Sequence record: NC_022096.1
Length of the DNA stretch: 64,000 nucleotides
Reading direction: 5' to 3' (one strand)
The notes beneath the pieces were generated by a model. It did no database searches and was not told the DNA's origin. It saw nothing but the letters and a program-made list of their open reading frames with translations. Shown in pieces: positions 56,437-63,895 of the stretch; position 1 is the stretch's first letter, and each line of letters opens with the position of its first letter. The translations under genes were made by a program, and so were the position numbers.

Positions 56437-56777
56437 TGAACACCGTACTGCTTCTGGGCTTGGCAGTTTTCCTGTTCTTCTGGCTGACCGTCATCTGGAG
56501 CCGCTTCGTCACTGACGTGTATCTGAATGTGGCGCAAGCGGCAATCGATGCCTCTCGGTGCTGCATGTTGTTCGACCAGATCACTGCCGGCGATTGGGAT
56601 TTCTCTACGGTCTGCAACTCCTGCGAGTTTGACCTTCCATTCGTTGACTTTGCCTCGCAGCCTATCTCTTGGTGGCCTGCTGTCTGGGTGTGGGATTTCA
56701 TCGGACGGCAGATCGTCATGGAGCACAGCGCCAGCAACATGGAGCTCGATTGGGCTGGCGTGGAGTTCTCGGTATGA
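56433..56777 (+). CDS. membrane protein
   Basis: Hydrophobic N-terminal helix and Trp-rich C-terminus. Confidence 0.65.
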   Translation: MMNTVLLLGLAVFLFFWLTVIWSRFVTDVYLNVAQAAIDASRCCMLFDQITAGDWDFSTVCNSCEFDLPFVDFASQPISWWPAVWVWDFIGRQIVMEHSASNMELDWAGVEFSV

Positions 56778-57451
56778 CTGAGCATCAGGTATTGCCTGAG
56801 GAAATCGCCAATAACCAACGGCTGCTGCGCATCCACATTTCGCTGACGTCCGAAGAACTGCGTGAGTATTTTGCCATGCGCTCTGCGTGCCGAGAGCTTC
56901 CAGCAGGATCGGAAGCCCAACGTGCTCTCGTTGGCAATTTCACCCAACGCTTCTCTGATTTCGTGGCTGACTGGAAGACGTTTGGTGTTACGCAGTACCC
57001 GACGCCGCTGCTTCCGTCGCTGCCGTACAACTACTTCGCCACGATCGACCGTGAGCACGCATCTGGTGCCGTGCTCTTTCTGCTAGCGAACCCGTCGCCG
57101 CAGAGTCGCGCAATCTACGCCCATTGGGCGACGTGGAGAGCAATGCTGGCTGCGGTTGGTTTAGGTTCGTTGCATGACGATCTGTGCCAGTGGAGTTCGT
57201 ACTTGCAAGTCATGCGCAAGGTCTGCTCGCAGAAGACGTTCCCGCGTCAAACCCTCTGGGCTGAACTGATTCCGCAACTGGTGATGCGCCGCGACTTGGT
57301 AGACGGCCGCGTAACTGGCGTCGTTGCTTATGTTGCCCGCTGCATCCGAGACTGCCTTGGGTTGGATCGTAATTCCGATCGTCTGATAATCAGCGACACC
57401 GGTCTGGTAGTTGACGGACCTGCCCTTACCATTGAACGGAGACTCCCATGA
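56774..57451 (+). CDS. hypothetical protein
   Basis: Start MTEHQ by ATGA coupling. Confidence 0.7.
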   Translation: MTEHQVLPEEIANNQRLLRIHISLTSEELREYFAMRSACRELPAGSEAQRALVGNFTQRFSDFVADWKTFGVTQYPTPLLPSLPYNYFATIDREHASGAVLFLLANPSPQSRAIYAHWATWRAMLAAVGLGSLHDDLCQWSSYLQVMRKVCSQKTFPRQTLWAELIPQLVMRRDLVDGRVTGVVAYVARCIRDCLGLDRNSDRLIISDTGLVVDGPALTIERRLP

Positions 57452-58098
57452 TGGAAAACTTCCTCACGCACGACGACATCGTAACCTTCTTCTCGGACAT
57501 GGATGTCAGCGTGCAAATCCTGCAGCAACACCAGGGTTCGCAGTACACCGACATCAACGGCCAGCAGGCTGTCGCTGCGTTCGCAGAGTTCAGCGGTCAC
57601 ATTCCTTTCCCGAACACTGACGGTGATCTGCGCGAAGCGGCCGCAGCGCTCAAGCGCAAACTGCGCGAAGCTCGTGGCGACGCCAACACCGTACTGGTTC
57701 GTTCCATGGTCGCCACCTCGGCACCCACAGGCGTGTCCTTGTTCGCACACTGCGCCTTCGTCAAGGCCTTCGTCGAAGTCGATCCGCGCACTGAGCGCGT
57801 TCGTCGTTTGGTTGAGCGCGGCGAGTGCTGCAACGTCGGCGATGTGGCTCACGCTCTGATCCTCGGCTATCGCTGCGCCCGACCTACGTGGGAGAACGAT
57901 GCGTTCATCTACCTGCAGAACGCGAGCGAGTTCAAGGTCAATCGCGCACCTCTGCTCGGTATTTTCCCCGAGGGCACCAACATCAAGTTCGAGGCGCACA
58001 TCGATCAGTACCAAGACGACGGCAGTGTTCGCGTCTGGTCGCCGAGTGTTGCCGACATCCTGGCCACCGACTGGATCATCCTGGCTCACGAAGTGTGA
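57448..58098 (+). CDS. DUF2829 / Tad2-like domain protein with an extra N-terminal domain
   Basis: AL..G.RCARPTWE....IYL..VNRAPLLGIFPEGT.I....HID....DG....WSPSVADILATDW follows the DUF2829 pattern. Confidence 0.75.
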   Translation: MMENFLTHDDIVTFFSDMDVSVQILQQHQGSQYTDINGQQAVAAFAEFSGHIPFPNTDGDLREAAAALKRKLREARGDANTVLVRSMVATSAPTGVSLFAHCAFVKAFVEVDPRTERVRRLVERGECCNVGDVAHALILGYRCARPTWENDAFIYLQNASEFKVNRAPLLGIFPEGTNIKFEAHIDQYQDDGSVRVWSPSVADILATDWIILAHEV

Positions 58099-58227
58099 CA
58101 GCCGAAGTCGAAAATGCTAATTGACTAAGCACTGAAAAGTGTAAACAAAGTTCACTGGTCACTGCGAGTGCGTCGGAAGTCCCCCGACATTCAACCGATG
58201 CCCACACTCCTCGCAGTGATCCTTTTT

Positions 58228-58303
<76 letters not shown>

Positions 58304-58325
58304 TATTCTCTGGAGATACACGAAC

Positions 58326-58799
58326 ATGCCGCAAGTTTCTGCGCCAGAAGGCGATGCGCTACTCGACCTCGCCAACATGCCTGATCCTGCCATCGACGAT
58401 GCGTTCGATCTTCACCTGATCGAGGCGAATGACGGCGTATGTCGTGCGGTCGCGCCGATCTTCAAGTCCCTGCAACTGGCGCTGTCCGATATGAGTTACA
58501 CGGACAACGGTGCGCAGTACAAGGAAGAAACTGGACATCGCGGTGCGCTGACGCTGGAGTTCTTCAACAACGTCGGTGGTCAGCAGTGGATCGACGGTTG
58601 CGACGCGCTCATCGCCGAACTCGATGCCGTTGTATTCCACGTGTACCATGCCAACGGCGAGCTGTACAGCGAACTCCGCTTCTCTGGCTTGACCGAGCCG
58701 GAGTTCACCCGCGAGTTCTCGCACAGCGATCCGACAGTGCAGGTCCTGCAGTACGTCTGGCTGTTTGCCGACGTCAAGGAAACTGTGAAAGAGCAGTAA
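58326..58799 (+). CDS. hypothetical protein
   Basis: 157-aa ORF with GGAG SD. Confidence 0.7.
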   Translation: MPQVSAPEGDALLDLANMPDPAIDDAFDLHLIEANDGVCRAVAPIFKSLQLALSDMSYTDNGAQYKEETGHRGALTLEFFNNVGGQQWIDGCDALIAELDAVVFHVYHANGELYSELRFSGLTEPEFTREFSHSDPTVQVLQYVWLFADVKETVKEQ

Positions 58800-58805
58800 A
58801 GAACA

Positions 58806-59045
58806 TCCGACCGCCGATTGCGTGCTCGTCCCACGTGATCGACGGTTTTGGCAGCGACTCCGCTAAGCTGCCGACCAGATGGGTGTGCGGAAGGGTTCGG
58901 CGGAGGTAGCAACTTCGCCGTCGATTGGCCAGTGCAGCGCGTCCTCAGCGTACTCGTCCTACGCAGTCCTCAGCGCTGTACCGCCGTTAGCGTTTACCAA
59001 GCGCCTGCCGAATGCCTGCTCGTCCCAGGATTGGCTGGCCAAAAG
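58806..59045 (+). ncRNA. candidate ncRNA with three CUCGUCC-loop hairpins
   Basis: Identical loops at 58825-31, 58953-59 and 59019-25 on different stems; G-U pairs favour the plus strand. Confidence 0.65.
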
Positions 59046-59111
59046 ACGCAAAGCCCTGCTCGACTTTCCGGTGGAGTAGTAACCGGCTCGATTACTTGAA
59101 GGAGAACAGGC

Positions 59112-59348
59112 ATGTTCCTTTCGCTTTGCCTTGGGCTTGCTCTGGTGTGCGTTGAGCCGACTGCTCCGCCTACACGACCAGATGTCGTGTACTACCAGAC
59201 AGAGACCCGCATGGTTGCTGTTCGGGAATACACCGAACCAAAAGAAGTCGCCGCACTTCCGGAACAGAGTGGCGGTGCGCCCTATCCACGATCAGCGCCT
59301 AACGACCGCGGTCGTGAAGGCCACCGATGTACCATCGGGGTTGCCTAG
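59112..59348 (+). CDS. small protein with hydrophobic N-terminus
   Basis: GGAG SD; MFLSLCLGLALVC. Confidence 0.5.
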   Translation: MFLSLCLGLALVCVEPTAPPTRPDVVYYQTETRMVAVREYTEPKEVAALPEQSGGAPYPRSAPNDRGREGHRCTIGVA

Positions 59349-59564
59349 CTGTCCGGAGCTTCCGCGATCCCGCCCCAAACCGAAACACCACATCGCTAGG
59401 CTTAACGGCCAACAAAATCGCTGAGAGCGAATGAAGTGCGCGAGAAATCGTAGGCACTAAGAAAGGGCAAGGCGGCACGTTAGAGAACAAGGCAAGAGGC
59501 TGACTCGCTGGATTTAGCGACCAGATGCGCCGGGAAACAAACCTCTGCCGCCTGCCAACCTAAA

Positions 59565-59641
59565 GCGGACTGATGAGTGGTTCAAGTCCACATGGCGAAA
59601 GCCTCGGGTGAAAGGCCCACGAAACTCAAACGAGTATCCGC
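59565..59641 (+). ncRNA. type I hammerhead ribozyme
   Basis: Stem I GCGGA/TCCGC, core CTGATGA, stem II GTGG/CCAC, GAAA, stem III CTC-aaac-GAG, GUA cleavage triplet (predicted cut after 59636). Confidence 0.85.
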
Positions 59642-59916
59642 ATGAACGCCGCTCCTGGATGAGCGGTGGGTTCAAGTACACCGACCCACTAATCGGGTCG
59701 TTTCTCGGAGCTGCTTCTGCTGAGATTTCTGTGCGTAGTGAGAAGCCATAGGAGCCTTCGGATACCTGGTCGGCTCATGCCGATAGCGCTTTTTCATCGG
59801 CGCTATCGTACAGGGTTATGGTGGTCATGTGAAACACAAGCACATGCACGCTGCACTCGTTCCCGCCCGCGAGTTCCACCATGCCTGCGGTGAAAGCCAC
59901 AGGTGCAGCCTATTTA

Positions 59917-60081
59917 TGCCATCACGCTCGGCAACGTGCTGAGAAGAAAGAAACGATAAGGCGAGTCTACATACGCCGATCGGCCGCATAGCAGCCCATT
60001 GTGGCAGCCGCATAGTGCCGATTGCCGTTGCGACCAAGCACTTGGACACAAACGCTTCTTGAGTCGTCGAGCGTGATGGCA
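59917..60081 (+). ncRNA. candidate long-stem structured RNA
   Basis: 14-bp perfect closing stem TGCCATCACGCTCG/CGAGCGTGATGGCA, inner stems GAGAAG/CTTCTT and CGATCGGC/GCCGATTG around a central bubble. Confidence 0.5.
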
Positions 60082-60105
60082 CCCTATTGAACAGAGGTAA
60101 CACGT

Positions 60106-60288
60106 ATGTGTATTTGCCGCCGTGCATGGTTCCTGATTGTCGTCAGCGCATTGTACCTGTTGGGTTGCGTTGTCGCATGGTCCATGGGTTGTCTGAATGT
60201 TTACGTCAACCCGGCACAGCTGGTATACGTTGCCGTTCTCTCTGTTCCGCTGTGGTGCAAGTCAGTAGGACGTTTGCTTCACATGTGA
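60106..60288 (+). CDS. small two-TM membrane protein
   Basis: GAGGT SD; two hydrophobic segments. Confidence 0.6.
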   Translation: MCICRRAWFLIVVSALYLLGCVVAWSMGCLNVYVNPAQLVYVAVLSVPLWCKSVGRLLHM

Positions 60289-60294
60289 GTCTGT

Positions 60295-60388
60295 GACCCA
60301 GTAGCTCAGTTGGTAGAGCGCGTGAACGCCTGCGCCGATAGCGGGAGTAACGTCATAGAGGTCGAGAGTTCAAATCTCTCCTGGGTCT
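60295..60388 (+). ncRNA. tRNA-like RNA with expanded anticodon arm
   Basis: Acceptor GACCCAG/CTGGGTC, D arm GCTC-agttggta-GAGC, T arm GAGAG-ttcaaat-CTCTC; 27-nt insert in place of the 7-nt anticodon loop; no CCA. Confidence 0.75.
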
Positions 60389-60405
60389 GCCTATTTCTGT
60401 AAAGG

Positions 60406-60615
60406 ATGTACACGATGTTGCCGTCAATGCACTTTCCACTAAAGCGTCCTGTGCTTACTCCAGAAGAAGCCAGTGCGTCGCGTGCCAGAACCCTTGAGGC
60501 TATTCGCAAATGCCGCGAAGCCCAAGCTGAACTGGAGCGAGTTTGCCGTGAGAAAGGCATTGAGATTCCGGTGATGGTCTGTCGTTCTAGTTTCCGAGTT
60601 CGTTCGGGTCGTTAG
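60406..60615 (+). CDS. hypothetical protein
   Basis: 69-aa ORF between the tRNA-like RNA and tRNA-Lys; end overlaps the tRNA 5' end. Confidence 0.5.
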   Translation: MYTMLPSMHFPLKRPVLTPEEASASRARTLEAIRKCREAQAELERVCREKGIEIPVMVCRSSFRVRSGR

Positions 60616-60681
60616 CTCAGTTGGTAGAGCATGGCGCTTTTAACGCCGTGGTCGTTGGTTCGAGTCCAACACGACCCACCA
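60606..60681 (+). tRNA. tRNA-Lys(UUU), copy 1
   Basis: 76 nt, TGGCG-CTTTTAA-CGCCG anticodon arm, CCA. Confidence 0.93.
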
Positions 60682-60689
60682 GTTTCATA

Positions 60690-60765
60690 GGCCCCATAGT
60701 CGAGCGGTTAAGACGCTTGCCTGTCACGCAAGAAATCGCGGGTTCGATTCCCGCTGGGGTCGCCA
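60690..60765 (+). tRNA. tRNA-Asp(GUC)
   Basis: 76 nt, CTTGC-CTGTCAC-GCAAG anticodon arm, CCA. Confidence 0.95.
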
Positions 60766-60766
60766 T

Positions 60767-60843
60767 AGGACGTTAGCTCAGTTGGTTAGAGCATCTGACT
60801 TTTAATCAGAGGGTCCTGGGTTCGAGTCCCAGACGTCCTACCA
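60767..60843 (+). tRNA. tRNA-Lys(UUU), copy 2
   Basis: 77 nt, TCTGA-CTTTTAA-TCAGA anticodon arm, CCA. Confidence 0.95.
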
Positions 60844-61128
60844 TATAAATGCCGCCGCCCACATTCTAGCTTGGTCGCCTGATTAGGCGGAGGCAACGCA
60901 GCAGCTTGTTCAGTTTCGTCACGGCTTCTGAACTACCTTGCAGCCAAGAGCGGGAAGAGCGCTCACCTATCCTGGCCTGTAGTCCGGAACACTCGGGCTC
61001 GACGGTGCACTCCTCGACAAGTGCGCTGTGACTGTGATTAGACTGACCGGTGTCGAGAGGATCGCCAGTGGCCGGTATATCTTCAGGGAGTGGAAGGAAA
61101 AACTCCCTTAGCCTTTTTGGAGATTGTG

Positions 61129-61326
61129 ATGCTTGCCCAATTGTTGAAGACGGCACGTAGAAAGTGGTACGACTTCTGGGATTACCAGATCGTTCGCGTT
61201 TGGCACCAAGACAGCCCTGGTGTTCGTGTGTACGTCAGTCGAAATTGGTTGCAGCGCATGATCTACAGCAAGGAGTTCTCTCACGTTGGTGAGAGGCACC
61301 TTGAACAGAATCAACCTGCCAGTTGA
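61129..61326 (+). CDS. hypothetical protein
   Basis: GGAG SD, start MLAQL. Confidence 0.6.
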   Translation: MLAQLLKTARRKWYDFWDYQIVRVWHQDSPGVRVYVSRNWLQRMIYSKEFSHVGERHLEQNQPAS

Positions 61327-61375
61327 TGCCTGCTTTGTTGCATAGCCCAAGTCTACGGAAAGACATCTACCTCAG

Positions 61376-61400
61376 CGGCGGCCTTCGGGTCGCCGTTTTT
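61376..61400 (+). terminator. intrinsic terminator
   Basis: CGGCGGCC-TTCG-GGTCGCCG-TTTTT. Confidence 0.85.
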
Positions 61401-61427
61401 GTTTGGTTCAACCCAAGGAGATACCCA

Positions 61428-61880
61428 ATGGCGTCTAACGTCTTTTCCAACTTCGACACGCGCCAGCTGGAGCGTCGTCTGTACATGCTGCTGGATGAGT
61501 TCTCCGCAGTCGATCCTGTGTTCGGCAAGATCACCGCGGCGAAACACTTCCTGACCAACTACGCCTCCATCGACATCTTCCACAACATCTGGCTGTTCGT
61601 GTTCTACGCGCTGCTCGCCGACTACGGTGACAAGTCCGCCACGATCCACGACTGGCTGTACTCCGGATATGGCATCACGCAGGCTGACGGTAGCATCTAC
61701 TACCCGACGCGCAAGGAATGCGACCAGATCATGTATCGGCTACTTCGTGCTGAGGGTGTCGCCCGATGGCGAGCGTGGATGTTCTACGCAGGTGTCCGTA
61801 TTGGCGGCAATAGCCACTACACGCAATTCGCAGATCGCGCCATGATCGAAGTGCGCGCTGCTGACTATATCGACGCATGA
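61428..61880 (+). CDS. DUF1353-like protein
   Basis: F.TNYASI, SATIHDWLY, R.ECD.I..R.L..EGV..WRAW.FYAGVRIGG; AAGGAG SD. Confidence 0.8.
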   Translation: MASNVFSNFDTRQLERRLYMLLDEFSAVDPVFGKITAAKHFLTNYASIDIFHNIWLFVFYALLADYGDKSATIHDWLYSGYGITQADGSIYYPTRKECDQIMYRLLRAEGVARWRAWMFYAGVRIGGNSHYTQFADRAMIEVRAADYIDA

Positions 61881-61885
61881 ATCTA

Positions 61886-61908
61886 GGCGGCCTCCGGGTC
61901 GCCTTTTT
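61886..61908 (+). terminator. intrinsic terminator
   Basis: GGCGGCC-TCCG-GGTCGCC-TTTTT. Confidence 0.85.
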
Positions 61909-61948
61909 CATTTCTGTAAATGAAGCGCAACAACATGGAGGCTTCGCA

Positions 61949-62419
61949 ATGAAGTGCAACATCAAGATTATGTGGCAGGACATCTTCGCCCGCGATACTT
62001 TGTTTGAGGCGCTGACGCCGCATACGAAGAAATTCAGCGTCTCCACGGAAGTGGATGATGGAGTTTACTGGCTTGGTGCCGATGCGGTGCAAGAGCGGAT
62101 CAGCGTGAACGTGTACGCAGCCTCTTTGGGCCGAGACAACGATGCCGTGGCCGACCGCATTGTCGAACTCTACCGAACTCGCAACGTGCGTTACGTGGCG
62201 CTCGACACTCGACACGTCAACCAAGACGTGTACCACGCCTGGCTGGAGAAACTGCAGGCGCGACTGCCCGATCCGATATACGTCTTCGACCCGTCAGTCG
62301 GCGGGCCTTACTTCGATCAACTCATTCAGGACATGAACGATGGTGTCACACGAATCCCAGAAAGAGCACTTCCAGACGCTTCGGCAACTGGCCGCGACAA
62401 TGGGGAAGAACATTGGTGA
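61949..62419 (+). CDS. hypothetical protein
   Basis: GGAGG SD, start MKCNI; CTGTAAA upstream. Confidence 0.7.
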   Translation: MKCNIKIMWQDIFARDTLFEALTPHTKKFSVSTEVDDGVYWLGADAVQERISVNVYAASLGRDNDAVADRIVELYRTRNVRYVALDTRHVNQDVYHAWLEKLQARLPDPIYVFDPSVGGPYFDQLIQDMNDGVTRIPERALPDASATGRDNGEEHW

Positions 62420-62621
62420 GTTCGTCAACAGCGGCAACGTCTTCCATCGGCCGTGTGCTGATTATCAAGGTAAAGGCGCAACGCTGACGATTACTGCCCG
62501 CGGGACCATACGCGCAAGTGTCCACACGCCAACACCCACAGGCATCGAGACTTTCTGGGGATGGACCTACATGGACGATCAACCCGGACTCAAGCGCCTG
62601 ATCAAGCGCATCGCACTCTAG
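62400..62621 (+). CDS. hypothetical protein
   Basis: Overlaps the upstream stop; start inferred. Confidence 0.55.
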   Translation: MGKNIGEFVNSGNVFHRPCADYQGKGATLTITARGTIRASVHTPTPTGIETFWGWTYMDDQPGLKRLIKRIAL

Positions 62622-62688
62622 GGAGCCAATGGCTCCCTTTTCCTTTGGCCGTGGTAATTTCTCCGAATCGAACATGAGGAGATTTGCC

Positions 62689-63192
62689 ATGCTTGGATTA
62701 TTCGGCAACGTGACTGTGAAGAAAGGCAAGCGGAAACGCAAATTCAAGAAGTACCGCCAGTACGAATACGATTTCTACGGGCGCAAGCTGGTGCTGCAAG
62801 GCTACGAAGCACAAGCGCTTGAGTACCTTGTCGAAGTCGGCGGGTTCGATCCTGCGGACATCAAGACCGAGTGCGAGTTCGGCGACGCCCTGAACATCCG
62901 TTACAAGTATTCGGGCAAATGGCGTTCCTACATGCCTGACATTTTCATCCGCAACCACAACATCATCGTCGAAGTGAAGTCGAAATCCACGATGGGCTTG
63001 TTGAACAACAAGAAGCGTGGTTGGTCGATGAACCAAGCCAAGGCGAAGGCGTGCCATGCCCGCGGTTTCAAGTTCTGCGTGCTTCTGATGACCGACTCAG
63101 GCAAGCGCATTCCGCTGCCGAAGAACTGGCCGCTGATGAAGAAGGCGGAGTGCCTGCGCATCATGCGTGAGGAGCTTGGAGTTCGCATCTAA
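62689..63192 (+). CDS. PD-(D/E)xK nuclease (TnsA N-terminal / restriction-endonuclease-like)
   Basis: QGYE..AL, Y.PDIFI....IIVEVKS, N.AKAKAC...GFKF; basic N-terminus. Confidence 0.75.
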   Translation: MLGLFGNVTVKKGKRKRKFKKYRQYEYDFYGRKLVLQGYEAQALEYLVEVGGFDPADIKTECEFGDALNIRYKYSGKWRSYMPDIFIRNHNIIVEVKSKSTMGLLNNKKRGWSMNQAKAKACHARGFKFCVLLMTDSGKRIPLPKNWPLMKKAECLRIMREELGVRI

Positions 63193-63231
63193 ACTGTAAA
63201 CTCCAGCTATACCAACACAGAGCACACGGAC

Positions 63232-63879
63232 ATGAGCATTACCTACAAGTACGGAAACGGCAAGTTGATCGGCTACCGTTCCGTAGACAAGTTTCATGGT
63301 GGCCTGTCGTTCAAGTTTCATCCAGACGGCGGAGACTCGTTCGATCGGTTCATCGACAAGGGTTTGATTCTCGAAATCAAAACTCAGTACGGTGAGCAAA
63401 CGATCGCGCTGAAACGGAACGACTACCGCGTAGTTCCCGAGCTGTGGAACTGCACCACGCTGATTTTCCAGAGTAACGAGTTGGCGCGCTCGCTCCACCT
63501 TGCTCTCGACGTTGAAGGCTTCCTGCACGTTTCGACACACAGCACGGCGACCCTTGCCGCTGAGTTGGCGAGCACCATCACGCACCAGCTGGCAACACCG
63601 TTCATGAAGCGCAAGCAGATTGACGTGCATCTGCGTAGTGAGCCCAGCGTCATCGCGCATTCCATTCTTCGGTGCATCGGGCTCAACCGATTCGCACCCG
63701 GCATGGACGTCAAGACGTTCTACCAACAGCATACGCCAGAAGCAGCCTACTCTGCGCTGTGTGCGTGGCTGAGCAACAAAGACCTTCGCGTGAACTTCCT
63801 GCCGCATGATGGCACGAAGCGCGCCGCATTCGTTTCTCGCATTGGCGAGAATGTTTTGGAGTTCGCCGAACAGGCGTAA
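63232..63879 (+). CDS. hypothetical protein
   Basis: 215-aa ORF; CTGTAAA 32 nt upstream. Confidence 0.7.
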   Translation: MSITYKYGNGKLIGYRSVDKFHGGLSFKFHPDGGDSFDRFIDKGLILEIKTQYGEQTIALKRNDYRVVPELWNCTTLIFQSNELARSLHLALDVEGFLHVSTHSTATLAAELASTITHQLATPFMKRKQIDVHLRSEPSVIAHSILRCIGLNRFAPGMDVKTFYQQHTPEAAYSALCAWLSNKDLRVNFLPHDGTKRAAFVSRIGENVLEFAEQA

Positions 63880-63895
63880 GCAAATAGGACCCATC

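Noticed and set aside
58806-58880. Possible HDV-like/theta ribozyme (TCG-TCCCACG-TGA resembles P3/L3)
   Set aside because: No workable P2 or correctly placed P1.1, and the sequence is better explained as a 15-bp hairpin. None of the tRNA 3' ends is followed by a convincing theta fold.
59036-59095. GACGCAAAGCC resembling a c-di-GMP-I riboswitch segment
   Set aside because: The upstream GGCAAAC/GAAA P2 arm and the P3 features are absent.
59112-59424. Possible frameshifted gene joining the 59112 ORF with the 59131 frame (o-spanin-like CPELP)
   Set aside because: No slippery site or homology evidence visible, so it cannot be supported without a search.
60845-61000. RNase P, SRP or tmRNA-like snippets (AGTCCGGAAC)
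   Set aside because: The conserved P4 (GAGGAAAGUCC), the SRP domain IV context and tmRNA termini are missing.
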